A DNA stretch of 64,000 nucleotides from Schmidtea nova. Taxonomy: Eukaryota. The stretch's first letter is position 1. Every line of letters starts with the position of its first letter. The translations under genes and the position numbers were made by a program. This document shows positions 61,690-64,000 of this stretch, piece after piece. Below the pieces are notes generated by a model. The model saw nothing but the letters and a program-made list of their open reading frames with translations, searched no databases and was not told the DNA's origin. The stretch spans positions 17,856,001-17,920,000 of the forward strand of contig CM097884.1 in assembly GCA_044892505.1 (NCBI GenBank), in the 5' to 3' direction.

Positions 61690-63900
61690 ATTCTTTGATC
61701 ATGCTTTTCGTATAAAAGCAATAATCTTCCCATTCAATTCTTGTGCAGTCCTTCCTATGTAAATCTAACCTGAACTCAAATTCTGTGCTCTCTTTTTAGA
61801 TGCCTCTTTTCTCCCGTTTCATCTGTTCGGCAAAAACTATATATTGTTTAAATGAAGCGGTAACACAACAAGTAGAGAGCGCACAAGATTCTAATTTAAC
61901 CAAAACATCAATTAAAACCGAAGTAGTTAAATGAAAACACGCCTAAAATTATAGTGGACAAAAGCGCATTAGCAAGTAGAGAGCGCGCAAAGTTCAAATT
62001 TAAAATTCCTTGACCCAAAACATCAAGTAAAACCAAATTGGTAAAAGGGAGCACTTATAAAAAACTAGAATAGACAGAGAACACATTGAGCGCATTCATG
62101 ACATGGACCCTCGGTTGTGGAAATTTAGCATGTTTTCAGAAGGAAAATTGTGATTTTATCTTAAAAATTCGTAAAAATGTAAAAGAAAAACAATTTTGAT
62201 CAAAAATGTAACAAATTAAATCAAATTAGAATATACTTTAATTCAAAGGTAAAACCTTAGATTAAAAATAAATTATTTAAAGTGTTATGAAAATTTGATG
62301 TTAAAAATTAATTTGATTTTGCCGAAAATTGTTGAAATTAATTTTGAGAAAATTAGAAACTCTTTCTAGAACAATTTGTTTTAATACATTAATGAAAATA
62401 ACAAGCAGAAAATAATATAAATACCCCCATAAAAATGGAGAGAATTTAGAATTTGCAGAGAATTTTGCAAGAGAATTGCAAGAATTTGTTGCTGAATTTT
62501 GTTGCTAAAATTTTCTTTTGGTTTTTAGCAGGGAAATTTTAAGAGAGAATCTCTTACTGCCAACTAGTATACCAGTATAACTCTACCAGAATACTTTGAG
62601 AAGAAGAATACTTGCAACCGTTAATCGAATCATTTCGTAAGAAACTTGATTTTGTTTCCTAATTGTAAAAGCCCGCGAGATCATGCCCTCGCTACCAGAC
62701 CTAGATATTTTGATTTATTTTAACCTTCGTCTATGTATTATTATGTAATATGCTATGTAATCTTTTATGAAAATTATAATTTTCTAATCAAATTCGCATT
62801 TTAAATTTTGTCACATTTTCTCATAAACTAATATCACCTTATTATTATTTATCATATATACATCTATATTTTTTGTACTTTATTAAAACCACTTCCATAC
62901 ATTCTAACATCAGTCCGGCCCCAAGCTGTATTGATGAAAGTAGCCTGGGTGGATCGCTGTTCGGTTCGTTACTGGCCAGCTATTATTTCCGCCTCAGGTG
63001 AAGCCCACACATCCATGATCACTTCATCTCATATTGAGAAACAGTGGCTTGGCCAAGGGCAAGGATTTTTTCAAATTAATTTTACGCCTAGAATCCTATT
63101 ACATTTTTATTAAAGTGCGATACGGTATTCGAAGACGCAAATGAATATTTTATTTATAATATTGTAGTTATATTTATTTATATTAACTTATAAAACTCTT
63201 ATATCTACATAACAATTCGGACATAATAAAAATAAATCGAAATATGCGTTCGACTCGTCAATCGCTTTAAATCAATAAACGTCGTCTTTACTTCACTTTG
63301 AAAGAATTTACAAAGTTATTCGGAAAGTTAAACGTATAAAAGATCATAAATGACCACTAAAAGAGTAGTAAAAATGTTATATTGAATGATGCTTACAGAT
63401 TTTGCTCGATAACAGTTCGTTGAATCTTTACTCTAAATCGTAAAAACCATTGATAAAAACTTCTAAGAGTTGCAGAGATCGCCAAGAGAACCGTCTTGAA
63501 ATTTTATATATACTTTATTTTTAGAAATTTGTATGTGATCGGAATTAATTTTTGTAAAAAATTATAATTTATTTTTATAGATAATTAAATGTATAAATTT
63601 TTTTAATTAATGGACTAGGAAATTTATGAATTAAAATTTTATTTATTGTATAAACTTTTGGTGGGTTGTTGATCGTCAATATGACCTTGAAGTTGCTATG
63701 GCTCATATCAACAACGCAACATACAAAACATTAGATTAACTATCTTGTTGCGCATCACAATGTAACGTCGGTAATGCAACAAATGGGTGGGTATTCGCAA
63801 TCAGTGAGCGTCGAAACTTCGAAACTATGATTGACGAATATCTCCTGGGTCCAAGGGCCACCCATAGATGGTTTAATGTCCATTTTGTCCCTTCCTCAAC
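61690..63900 (+). repeat. Non-coding interspersed repeat family, copy Q (blocks D-B-C-A)
   Basis: Block alignments to copies P and R, as given for those features. Confidence 0.75.
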
Positions 63901-64000
63901 AATCTATCTATAAACATTCAATAATATTTTAATCGGAATTTTAAAATAAATAATCTACGTCAATATAAATTTATTATTTCATCAAAATGAAACTTTCCAA

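Overview
AT-rich metazoan (invertebrate) genomic window, almost all transposable-element-derived, with two assembly gaps (4877-5371, 5399-5730). The host species cannot be determined from the sequence. (1) Bases 1-19.8 kb hold decayed Polinton/Maverick-adintovirus-like elements: four protein-primed PolB copies from two lineages, accessory ORFs, and four same-orientation termini ending CCTACT that appear nested inside one another. Their subterminal regions carry tandem arrays of bZIP (AP-1, TTACGTAA) and E2F consensus sites, and one polB is followed by two histone-mRNA-type stem-loops. (2) A complete but mutated Ty3/gypsy element with 110-bp LTRs and a complete but mutated piggyBac follow. (3) The one clear host gene is a six-exon CREB/ATF1-family bZIP on the minus strand (30676-52405, about 512 aa by my hand-built model). 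Its KID appears to lack the RRPS PKA site and it has a long C-terminal extension. Its introns contain a 600-bp higher-order satellite, a MULE fragment, MITEs, and a mariner interrupted by a REL-type non-LTR fragment with a 63-bp target duplication. (4) The distal part holds an LRR pseudogene, a Penelope fragment and an unidentified ORF. An old non-coding repeat family occurs three times in the window and carries a covarying RNA-like structure. All calls are by-eye motif and alignment work; no database searches were run.
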